From sequence record SRR22947725_3599: a stretch of DNA of 37,888 nucleotides; one strand, given 5' to 3'. Below, piece after piece: positions 9,635 to 17,871 of the stretch. The position numbers were made by a program, and so were the translations under genes. Position 1 is the stretch's first letter. Every line of letters starts with the position of its first letter. Below the pieces are notes generated by a model. That model ran no database searches and was not told where the DNA came from. It saw nothing but the letters and a program-made list of their open reading frames with translations.

Positions 9635-10732
9635 TCAGGCCGTGACCGGCTCTTCTTTGGAAGCGCAACCACAGGCATCATTGGATCCACACCCATCGCT
9701 TTCCATATCTTCGTGAGGCTCCCAGTCAGGATCCAATCCCAGATCCTTCAGCATCTGGAGATCCTGCTCCGCAGGCTGGTTCAGTGTCGTTAGATAATTT
9801 CCCACCATGAGCGCGCTTGCGCCCGCCATGAAGACCATGCTCTGGAGATCCCTCAAATTAACGGTCCGGCCACCTGCCACCATGATTTCCTGTTGGGGTA
9901 GAATAAACCTGAAGCATGCGATTGTTTTCAGGATTTCCATCGGAGCCAGTGGCTTCATCGTTTCGTAGGGCGTACCTTCGATGGGATTCAAAAAGTTGAC
10001 CGGTACCACACTCGCCCCGATCTCGCGTAGTTGCATTGCCATATCGCAACGATCTTCCCGCGTTTCCCCCATACCAATGATACCGCCGCTGCAGATTTTG
10101 ATTCCGGCATTCTTGAGGTATTTGATCGTTTGCAAGCGATCTTCGAAAGTGTGGGTGGTACAATGCTCAGGGAAGAATCGGCGCGAACTTTCCAGATTGT
10201 GACCGTAACAGGCCAGTCCAGCGTCTTTAAGGCGGTCAGCTACCTGCTGGCTGTCGATCAGCCCAAGGGAGGCATCAGGCCTTACCTTGCCATCCGCAGC
10301 CATTTCACGGATACGGTCACAGACCTCATCCAGGACGGGGCCTTCGCGCAAGCCTTTCCACGCTGCGACCAAGCCCACAGCGGTCACGTTGTTCTGTTCG
10401 GCTTCTTTGGAGGCCTCACTGACAGGTTCTGGATCAATAAAACCATAGCGCGGAGATTCGGTGGTGTAGGCAGCAGATTGAGAGCAGAACTTGCAGTTTT
10501 CGGAACACCCGCCGGCTTTGGCATTGACGATGGAGCAGAGATGAATTTTGTTGCCTTTAAAATGCTCCCGCAATCGGTTGGCCGCAGACATCAGATCGGT
10601 GATGTCCGCCTGACTTTCCAGATGAAACATCCAAAGCGCCTCGTCGCGATCTACCGATCCGCCTGCCATGATTCGATCGGCCAAAGCGTGAATCCGATCC
10701 CTGTTAGTGACGTCAACCATTGATGCCTTCAT
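9635..10732 (-). CDS. bioB: biotin synthase (radical SAM)
   Basis: CSIVNAKAGGCSENCKFCSQS (CxxxCxxC), YGHNLES, ICSGGIIGMGE, VPVNFL, AGGR, MVGNYLTT. Start chosen at MKASM; the ORF extends to 10759. Confidence 0.95.
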   Translation of the reverse strand: MKASMVDVTNRDRIHALADRIMAGGSVDRDEALWMFHLESQADITDLMSAANRLREHFKGNKIHLCSIVNAKAGGCSENCKFCSQSAAYTTESPRYGFIDPEPVSEASKEAEQNNVTAVGLVAAWKGLREGPVLDEVCDRIREMAADGKVRPDASLGLIDSQQVADRLKDAGLACYGHNLESSRRFFPEHCTTHTFEDRLQTIKYLKNAGIKICSGGIIGMGETREDRCDMAMQLREIGASVVPVNFLNPIEGTPYETMKPLAPMEILKTIACFRFILPQQEIMVAGGRTVNLRDLQSMVFMAGASALMVGNYLTTLNQPAEQDLQMLKDLGLDPDWEPHEDMESDGCGSNDACGCASKEEPVTA

Positions 10733-10783
10733 GGTTGACAGACTACAGAAAATAGCCATCGAAAAGCAAGCCGTAACAGCGTC

Positions 10784-12151
10784 TCAAGCCTCAAAAACTA
10801 CTTTACCCATGAGGATGGTTGCTTTGTTGCGTCCCTTCAATGGCCATCCATGGAAGGGAGAATTATTCGCCTTGCTGGGAGTATCCATGCGATCATAGAT
10901 CCATTCCTCTTCCGGGTCGAAAATCGTCACATCACCGTCTGCACCAACCGAAAGCGTTCCTTTGTCCAACTTGACCAGTTTTGCGGGTGCTTCGGTCCAG
11001 CGACGAATCAGTTCACTCAGGCTCATCATATCCGTGTGATAAAGACGCATCACACCCAGCGCCAGTTCCGATTCCAGCCCTGTGATGCCGAAAGGTGCGC
11101 TGTCAAATTCCACTTCTTTTTCGAAGCCGCAGTGTGGCGCGTGATCCGATCCGAGGATGCTCAAGGTTCCGTCTGCGACTCCCTTCAGCACCGCATCTCG
11201 ATCGGAACCTGATCTCAGGGGAGGATTCATCTTGAACAAGGTGTCGTAAGATTCCCATTCAGGACGTTCGAAATCCATTTTGATCACATCCAGCAAATGC
11301 TTGCCTTCTTTTTCCCAGAAGGGAGCGCTTCCAGCCAGGGCTGCATCGGTGAGTGTGAAATGATGAGGGCAGGCTTCGCCTGAAATGGGAATGCCCTTGT
11401 CTCTCGCCTCTCTGATCAAGTTGACTGCGCCCGCTGAACTCATGTGCTGACAGTGAATATGCGTACCTGTCAACTCAGCCATCTGGATGTTGCGGGCGAC
11501 AATGATCTCCTCACCCGCCGCTGGCCACCCGGGGAGTCCCAGCACATTGCTCCAGTGACCTTCATTCATGACCCCATTCCCGACGAGGTCGTAGTCCTGA
11601 CAGTGATCCATCAAGGGAAGGTCAAACATTTTGGCATATTCACAGGCGCGACGCATCAGTTCGTTGCTCTGCACGCAACGTCCGTCATCGGTGATGGCGA
11701 CCACGCCTGCACCGTGCAGTGAACCGATCGGCGCGAGTTCGTCTCCCTGAATGCCCTTGGTAATAGCCCCAGTCGTGAACACATTGATGGCCGCACTTTT
11801 TTCCACTTCATCCTGAATCAGGGCAACCGTCCCAGGTGAATCAATCGAAGGAGTGGTGTTTGGCATGCACACTACTGTAGTGAAACCACCCAAAGCCGCG
11901 GCTTTGGTACCTGTCTCGATGGTTTCCTTGGCACTTTGACCTGGTTCACGAAGATGCACATGAATATCCACAAGGCCAGGGCAGACAACTTTCCCTCTGG
12001 CGTCAATGACCTTGATCTCATCACAAGCCTTTGCTTCGGCCTCGGCACCCAGGGCAGCTATCTTTCCGTTCAGGATCAGTAAGGACTGATGGGCATCAAT
12101 ACCATTGGCGGGATCGATAACACGACCGTTTTGAATCAGTAAACTTTCCAT
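10784..12151 (-). CDS. pyrC: dihydroorotase
   Basis: PGLVDIHVHLREPG, AALGGFTTVVCMPNT, TDDG, HCQD, KMNPPLR, SDHAPH. Confidence 0.93.
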   Translation of the reverse strand: MESLLIQNGRVIDPANGIDAHQSLLILNGKIAALGAEAEAKACDEIKVIDARGKVVCPGLVDIHVHLREPGQSAKETIETGTKAAALGGFTTVVCMPNTTPSIDSPGTVALIQDEVEKSAAINVFTTGAITKGIQGDELAPIGSLHGAGVVAITDDGRCVQSNELMRRACEYAKMFDLPLMDHCQDYDLVGNGVMNEGHWSNVLGLPGWPAAGEEIIVARNIQMAELTGTHIHCQHMSSAGAVNLIREARDKGIPISGEACPHHFTLTDAALAGSAPFWEKEGKHLLDVIKMDFERPEWESYDTLFKMNPPLRSGSDRDAVLKGVADGTLSILGSDHAPHCGFEKEVEFDSAPFGITGLESELALGVMRLYHTDMMSLSELIRRWTEAPAKLVKLDKGTLSVGADGDVTIFDPEEEWIYDRMDTPSKANNSPFHGWPLKGRNKATILMGKVVFEA

Positions 12152-12177
12152 TGATCAAAAAGATACTCAAGAGGGAA

Positions 12178-12205
12178 TTGACAAGGCAAGCTTCGTCAGT
12201 AAACT
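12178..12205 (+). promoter_or_regulatory. sigma70-type promoter of tRNA-Gly
   Basis: TTGACA (12178-12183), 16-bp spacer, TAAACT (12200-12205); ends 13 bp before the tRNA 5' end. Confidence 0.7.
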
Positions 12206-12218
12206 ATGTCCTTCTTAA

Positions 12219-12292
12219 GCGGGTGTAGCTTAGTGGTAAAGCTCCAGCCTTCCAAGCTGGCTACGAGGGTTCGATTCCCTTCACCCGCTCCA
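12219..12292 (+). tRNA. tRNA-Gly (anticodon TCC)
   Basis: Acceptor stem GCGGGTG/CACCCGC; D arm TAGCTTAGTGGTAAAGC; anticodon arm CCAGC-CTTCCAA-GCTGG; T arm GAGGGTTCGATTCCCTT; encoded CCA end; 74 nt. Confidence 0.97.
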
Positions 12293-12438
12293 CTTATCCA
12301 CCCTTCATTCTGAACGGTTTACCGCTACGACAGAGCAGTGAAGATTCGGGTTTTCACCACGGATTCAATGAGCACAATCTGAGATCTTACGCTTCAACTC
12401 AGCTCTCTGGTCTCTATGGTTTATTAATGTCGACTCCC

Positions 12439-15132
12439 TTACCGTTTTTCTTTGTAGGTCGCAGTTACTGAGGTCACATAATCCAGTCTTGTCACAAATG
12501 TTGTGGGCGAATAAATATCATCAATATACTCTGAACTATGATACCATTGGTCAACTCCTTCAAAATATTGAGGCTCAGCATTGCCAACCCATCGATCAAA
12601 AACCATTCCTTCAGCAGGTGGGTCAGCAACAATAATAATTGGTTTGCCAAACTCGTAGTATCGTCCGCTACCGCTACCACGTGTCACCCTCAACTTTCTC
12701 AGCCCATCTATTCTCAAAGAATCAATTTCAATGAAGTAAATCTCAGTTTGATTCACGCTACTTAACGACAAACGCACATCGGAAAGAACGGTGCCTCCAT
12801 CTTTAAGTTCTACTTTCTCTAACAAATACTCCTTGTATTCACCCGCACCTATTTGGTCATGAATGGATATCTTACTGCCATCAGCACGTAACTGCCCTAC
12901 GGTAACGTTTACGGTGTCTTGAGGCCCCCTGGCCCCAAGCCCCAATCTCACATTGTAGAGCCCTGCAGGTAAAGCGATGCCCCATGAATGATTGCTACGC
13001 TGGGTTTCAAAAACATTGCAGGCTGCGAAGAGCATGTTGGTTTGCGAGTCACCCACTGAGCCAGCCATGTTGTATCCCTCAAGCCAGCCATAAGTATATC
13101 CACTCAATTTCTTGCCATACGGAGCGCCCCCGTCGACCTGGTATCCAGCAGTTGCGTAAAATCCTTCCAAGGGACCAAATGAGATCCGTATCGGCTTACG
13201 GTATAGCTCCACTGGGTTTGCCTCGCTCACAAATACTGGTCTTAAGGTGAGATCTCGATTTGTTTTAATTGTCAGCACACGATCTTTACTCTCCATATCA
13301 CCAATCCAACTATGAAAGCGGTAGCCTTTTTTCGGAATTGCTGTGGCCTTAACCGGAATGTTGTCGACGTAGAGACCTCCCTCAGGTTCGAGTTCAGCGT
13401 GTCCGTTCGGCACATCCTTTTCGATTTTTAGCGCCACCTCTCTCATGCCGACGAAAACAGGAATTCGCTCTCGGTTGACATTGCCAGAATTATCCTCAGC
13501 CTTGACAAGAATCTCGTGTAAACCGGGAGACACGTTGGTCAATGTCGCTATGATGCTATGGGAATCTTCTAGCCTCTTTATTTTTCGCCCGTCTAGATAC
13601 AATTCCATTTCAGATATTAAACCACCGTTGTAGTCGTTTACATAAGCTTCAACTTCAATTACCGCTTCGTTTTGAGTGATGAATATTTGGTTTCGTGGGG
13701 GCCTTACGAAGTTTACAAGAGGTCGCGTGTCATAGTACTGAAGGGAAAGACTATTCAGATAATCTTCTACGTTGGTATAGCCATCATTGTTAATGTCTTC
13801 AATTCCGTCCCGGAAATCATCGGGATCTAATCCATTGGCAAGCTCCCATTCATCAGGCATTCCATCATCGTCCTTATCCAAAGAGGCTGGTCGCGACTTC
13901 AGTTCAGGCCACCCCCCGACTGCTGCTTGCGTATCAATAAAGCCATCTGTGCTGCCGTTACCTCCATCTGGAAAGCTCACTGTTCCGCTAGCGACGTCCT
14001 TGAGGATTCTCTGATCGACCAAGTCTCGCTTCACACTGGCCCCAGCAAACTGAAGTACTTTTTGATAGGCTTCTTCGGCAGAATGGGTCGTCACCATACC
14101 TGCCTCTAACGGACTATTCAGTCGGAGCATTTGTTTGTCCTCTTCTGACATGTGTTTCCACTTGGAATCGAATTGGACACCGAATCTCCAGTTATCCTTT
14201 GTTGCTCTTTCGGACCCGATAAGTTTGTTGCCAGCGATGTAAAACTTTCCCCAAACATTGTAGAGGGGATCCCAGGTCTCGACCCGATTCCAGACTGCAA
14301 TAATTCTCTCTTGATTCTTAACTGTCGCGGGCCCGGGTTTATAATAATTATTCACAATATTGACGTTCATCCCTTCGCCCCCATAGCAACTGTTTCCTCC
14401 CCAGTTGTAGATGACATTATTCCTGAGATCGACGAGGTCCGACAGCGCGTAAGAAGACACATACTCCCCTAACCTTGGATTTCTGCTGTCATGATGTGCC
14501 AATAGGTTATGGTGAAATGAGGCATTCTTGCCCCCCCAAACACCACCAAACCCATGTTTGCCGCCTTTGTGTACAGAGTTCCGCAAGCTCTCGGCGATCA
14601 AACACCATTGCATTGTGAAGTTCTCGTTCGCATAGAACGAAGCGCATTCATCAGTAGACCAACTCGCAGAACAATGATCAATTATGACGTTCCGGTTCTT
14701 TTGGCCGCCAATCGCATCCCCCTGTTGTCGTGCCTCATCTCCCATTCGAAAACGGATGTATCGAATAATGACTTCTTCAGAGGCATCAAGGAATACCTCG
14801 TAGTTCTTGAGGCAGATCCCATCTCCGGGAGCGGTTTGCCCCGCAATCGTAAGATAGCCGTTTTGTATTTTCAGTCGGCTCTTTAATTCAATCGTGCCCG
14901 AGACATCAAAAATGACAATGCGAGGTCCTTTCGCTTCAACGGCAGCGCGAAGACTACCATCTCCACTGTCGTTAAGGTTGCGTACTTTAATCACTCGACC
15001 ACCGCGTCCGCCTACCGTGTACATCCCATAACCTTCAGCCCCGGGGAAAGCAGGAATCTCTTTGGACTTCGTCTCAAAGAAACAAAGAAATCCGGAAATT
15101 AGGATTAGACTGTAACGGATTTTCACTAACAT
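12439..15132 (-). CDS. secreted multidomain pectate lyase (PL1-like) with C-terminal accessory beta-domains
   Basis: Signal peptide; PAFPGAEGYG...GGRGGRV; GSLRAA; TIAGQTAPGDG; IIDHCSASWSTDE; HHNLLAHHDSRNPR; DKDDDGMPDEWE...DINNDGYTNVEDYLN; then about 430 aa of extra domains. Confidence 0.88.
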   Translation of the reverse strand: MLVKIRYSLILISGFLCFFETKSKEIPAFPGAEGYGMYTVGGRGGRVIKVRNLNDSGDGSLRAAVEAKGPRIVIFDVSGTIELKSRLKIQNGYLTIAGQTAPGDGICLKNYEVFLDASEEVIIRYIRFRMGDEARQQGDAIGGQKNRNVIIDHCSASWSTDECASFYANENFTMQWCLIAESLRNSVHKGGKHGFGGVWGGKNASFHHNLLAHHDSRNPRLGEYVSSYALSDLVDLRNNVIYNWGGNSCYGGEGMNVNIVNNYYKPGPATVKNQERIIAVWNRVETWDPLYNVWGKFYIAGNKLIGSERATKDNWRFGVQFDSKWKHMSEEDKQMLRLNSPLEAGMVTTHSAEEAYQKVLQFAGASVKRDLVDQRILKDVASGTVSFPDGGNGSTDGFIDTQAAVGGWPELKSRPASLDKDDDGMPDEWELANGLDPDDFRDGIEDINNDGYTNVEDYLNSLSLQYYDTRPLVNFVRPPRNQIFITQNEAVIEVEAYVNDYNGGLISEMELYLDGRKIKRLEDSHSIIATLTNVSPGLHEILVKAEDNSGNVNRERIPVFVGMREVALKIEKDVPNGHAELEPEGGLYVDNIPVKATAIPKKGYRFHSWIGDMESKDRVLTIKTNRDLTLRPVFVSEANPVELYRKPIRISFGPLEGFYATAGYQVDGGAPYGKKLSGYTYGWLEGYNMAGSVGDSQTNMLFAACNVFETQRSNHSWGIALPAGLYNVRLGLGARGPQDTVNVTVGQLRADGSKISIHDQIGAGEYKEYLLEKVELKDGGTVLSDVRLSLSSVNQTEIYFIEIDSLRIDGLRKLRVTRGSGSGRYYEFGKPIIIVADPPAEGMVFDRWVGNAEPQYFEGVDQWYHSSEYIDDIYSPTTFVTRLDYVTSVTATYKEKR

Positions 15133-15420
15133 AGAGAAAATTAATTACAATTCGAAAGTTGCCCTGTCAACTTCCTGTGCAGCGTTTAAATCAGATGAAA
15201 CAATACCAATACCAGAATAAACCTACATAATTGAAGTTTCCAAAGAGATTAAAAATGTAATGAGATAGGCGACGTCCAAGGCACAGGTAATTCGGTCGCG
15301 TTCGCTGATCTACGCGAAGCAATTTCCCAGAAAAAATACTAGAGGGTAAAGAATCCGAATAAATTTTGAGACTGGCAATGCCTACTAACACATTCACTGA
15401 AACTGTGTGAAATTCATTGA

Positions 15421-15627
15421 AAAAAGGAGGGGCGTTATTCCTCGACTCTCTACGACGGTCCCAAGGGCAATGTCGTCTTTAATGCGGCTACGATTTGGTG
15501 GGCCAATGGCTTATCCAGCCCACCGAGTCACAAAAATCCGACAAGGCATGGAGTAACGCAACAAGGCCCTGACGAGCGCGTCCAACAAATCACTCAAAAC
15601 CTGTTTCAACGCATGCTGGAGGCATGA
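15421..15627 (+). pseudogene. orphan 3' fragment of an N,N-dimethylformamidase large-subunit-like gene
   Basis: Manual translation KKEGRYSSTLYDGPKGNVVFNAATIWWANGLSSPPSHKNPTRHGVTQQGPDERVQQITQNLFQRMLEA*. In-frame TGA directly upstream and no start codon. Parallels the C-terminus of 25291-26733. Confidence 0.65.
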
Positions 15628-15692
15628 TCTGACTCTTCATCGCCAACCCGAGGAGAGAAATCCGAGTGTGATCAAGATTATGAGCGAGATGA

Positions 15693-15899
15693 AGATTAAG
15701 AAGATCTGAAGACGGCAGGATAATTGGTTCTTGGAAAGCAGAAGGTGAACTCCTGATTCTAGAAGGAACAACGGAAAAGAAATCAGAAGCAATAAAGATC
15801 AAGTTTAATAAAACCACAGGAAAAGTAGCCTCTGTGAACTTAGGCGGCAAAGAAGTGCCAACAGAGGAATTAGATCGACTTGCAGTCAAAAAGAGCTAA
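15693..15899 (+). pseudogene. start-less 3' gene fragment, unknown family
   Basis: Frame RLRRSEDGRIIGSWKAEGELLILEGTTEKKSEAIKIKFNKTTGKVASVNLGGKEVPTEELDRLAVKKS*; A-rich, protein-like composition, preceded by an in-frame TGA. Confidence 0.45.
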
Positions 15900-15928
15900 G
15901 CTGTTGTCTCCCCATTATTTAAACGGAA

Positions 15929-16027
15929 ATGAAACACCTCCCACTCACGACAACTGCAGCCATGGTGCTGGTGAGCTGTGATGAGACGCAGCAGTCGGCT
16001 CCACAATTTTTAAAAGTCTTACAATGA
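15929..16027 (+). pseudogene. orphan lipoprotein-leader mini-ORF (5' remnant of an ankyrin-lipoprotein-type gene)
   Basis: MKHLPLTTTAAMVLVSCDETQQSAPQFLKVLQ*, with a lipobox-like LVSC. 40/53 nt identical to 24648-24700. Confidence 0.6.
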
Positions 16028-17178
16028 GTTCTACGTGTGACAACGAACAGCTGATGCGACAGAGGCACTGTAGGATTGTTCTATTGGTGATGTGGATCGC
16101 GCTGCATGCGCCCTTGCGGCTCAGCGCCGCGGCGGAGGAGGGATTTACGCCCCTGTTCAATGGGAGGAACCTGCAGGGGTGGGTGGCCGTGGAACCGGCT
16201 GACGCGTTCATCGTCAGGGACTCTGCCATTTTCTCAACCGGAGCTGGCCCCTATCCTTCCTGGCTGCGCAGTGAGCGGGAATACGAGAACTTTGTGCTCC
16301 GCTTTGAGTATCAGACCGAAGGCTGGTATGAGGGTGGGGTTCTACTGCATGCCCCATTGGATGGACCCGGCTCGAAGCTGGGATTCAAGATCCATTTACG
16401 GCATGATCAAAAGGCTTATGGGCTTCGCTCGCCGGGGGCCATTTATGATGCGGCGGCTCCCCTCCGTATTGCCAATCTTCCGTCCGGGCAGTGGAACTAC
16501 TGTGAGATCAAATGCGAGTGGCCTCATCTGCGCGTGACGCTCAATGGCGAGCTGATTCATGACATTTCGATGGACACCGACGCTGCCCTCAGGCACCGAC
16601 TGCGTCGGGGCTTTATTGGTATCCAGAACCTTGGCTGTCGCGCGTCGTTCAGGAACATACAAATCCGTGAGCTGCCAGATCAGGAAAAACTCTGGCAACC
16701 GCTATTCCGATCCGGCATGGCTGGTATGCATGAACAGGGGCACTCCGATTGGCGCATCGAAGACGAGGTGCTCACTGGGCAGGGTAAGGATGGCGTCACG
16801 GTGACTCGGGCTGAATTCTCCAGCCCCTTTGAACTCCAGGTATGGGTCAAGACCATCGTGAATGGAAACGGCGGTGTGCTCTTCAATGGCGATCCTGGTC
16901 GGCTAGAGGTTCAGTGCTTCAATGCTCCCGACAGTACCAATCCCACCGGGAGCTTTTATGGGATAGCACCTGCAGGGCGTGTGCTCAGTCGTGACCAGGA
17001 GTGGTTTCTGCTACAGATCTTTAATCGCGGGTCCACTGCGGAGGTGCTGGTGAACGGTGAAGCGGTCTCCCATGCTCGCGATCTCAAACCTCCGTATCGG
17101 GGTAGCATTGGTTTTCAACATCACACGCCTGGGGGCACCATACAGTATCGTGCCGCGCGACTCAGGGCAATTGAATGA
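16024..17178 (+). CDS. exported tandem DUF1080 (3-keto-disaccharide hydrolase-like) protein
   Basis: EEGFTPLFNGRNLQGW, YENFVLRFEY, GAIYD, GQWN, GFIGIQ, FRNIQIREL; second domain ends GSIGFQHH...IQYR. Signal peptide present; start may be 16054. Confidence 0.88.
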   Translation: MSSTCDNEQLMRQRHCRIVLLVMWIALHAPLRLSAAAEEGFTPLFNGRNLQGWVAVEPADAFIVRDSAIFSTGAGPYPSWLRSEREYENFVLRFEYQTEGWYEGGVLLHAPLDGPGSKLGFKIHLRHDQKAYGLRSPGAIYDAAAPLRIANLPSGQWNYCEIKCEWPHLRVTLNGELIHDISMDTDAALRHRLRRGFIGIQNLGCRASFRNIQIRELPDQEKLWQPLFRSGMAGMHEQGHSDWRIEDEVLTGQGKDGVTVTRAEFSSPFELQVWVKTIVNGNGGVLFNGDPGRLEVQCFNAPDSTNPTGSFYGIAPAGRVLSRDQEWFLLQIFNRGSTAEVLVNGEAVSHARDLKPPYRGSIGFQHHTPGGTIQYRAARLRAIE

Positions 17179-17212
17179 TGTTGGATGCGCCCGGTCATTA
17201 CGAGCCCCAGTC

Positions 17213-17377
17213 GCCGTCAGACTTCTTATTGCCAAAGGTGTGGATGTGAATGCGAAGAATGTGCTAGACGAAACACCGCTAGATTAGGTTGATGATAAGG
17301 AAACCGCCGACCTTCTTCGCAAACACGGCGGTAAGACAGGTGCAGAATTGAAAGCTCCCGCAAGACCCGGTTGGTAA
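17213..17377 (+). pseudogene. 3' remnant of an ankyrin-repeat gene with an internal stop
   Basis: AVRLLIAKGVDVNAKNVLDETPLD*VDDKETADLLRKHGGKTGAELKA; TAG at 17285-17287; no 5' part. Resembles the C-terminus of 30588-31382. Confidence 0.8.
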
Positions 17378-17400
17378 TTCCACGCCCTTGATGGGCTTCA

Positions 17401-17598
17401 TACAATGCCCCGGCGTCGCTCTACAAAACCGGTTTGATAGTCTCGCGAGATTTCGGGAAAACCTGGGCGCAGTATGATTTGGCTCAATTTGGACCCACCT
17501 CGCCAGTTCGGATTCAAAAGAAGAACGGCGATTGCTGGTTCAAGATCGATCTGCGCCGGTGCTGGATCGCTCGGGATCGCATGTTGTTCATCAAGCCC
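17401..17598 (+). pseudogene. fragment of an Asp-box (BNR) containing gene
   Basis: YNAPASLYKTGLIVSRDFGKTWAQYDL...MLFIKP contains an SxDxGxTW Asp-box; in-frame stop just upstream and no credible N-terminus. Confidence 0.5.
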
Positions 17599-17871
17599 AT
17601 TTGGTTATATCCAACATCATCACCTCTGCGCCCTCCTCCTCGACACCCTGTTCGAGCGGGACAATCGCACGAAAATGGACTTTGCCATCCTGCCAGCGCT
17701 TCAAAACTAAAAACATCAGGATGATGAAACAATAGATTCTTGGATTTGGATACGATGATGTTAATATGAATATGTGTAAGCCGCAAAAAACTGACTTTCA
17801 AATTTCAGGGAGGTGGCTTCCGATCGACCGATGTTTTCGGTCATCTGATTCAGCCAAAGGGAAATATAAAG

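Noticed and set aside
12338-12357. Hairpin after the tRNA as a terminator
   Set aside because: Weak stem with G-U pairs and no following U-tract.
15140-15170. TTGACA on the minus strand upstream of the pectate lyase
   Set aside because: No convincing -10 element at 16-18 bp spacing.
15191-15397. 68-aa minus-strand ORF
   Set aside because: No motif or other support; AT-rich spacer.
17285-17287. In-frame TAG as possible recoding (pyrrolysine or readthrough)
   Set aside because: The fragment has no 5' part, TAG terminates other genes here (e.g. 24564-24566), and a TGG-to-TAG mutation is the simpler explanation.
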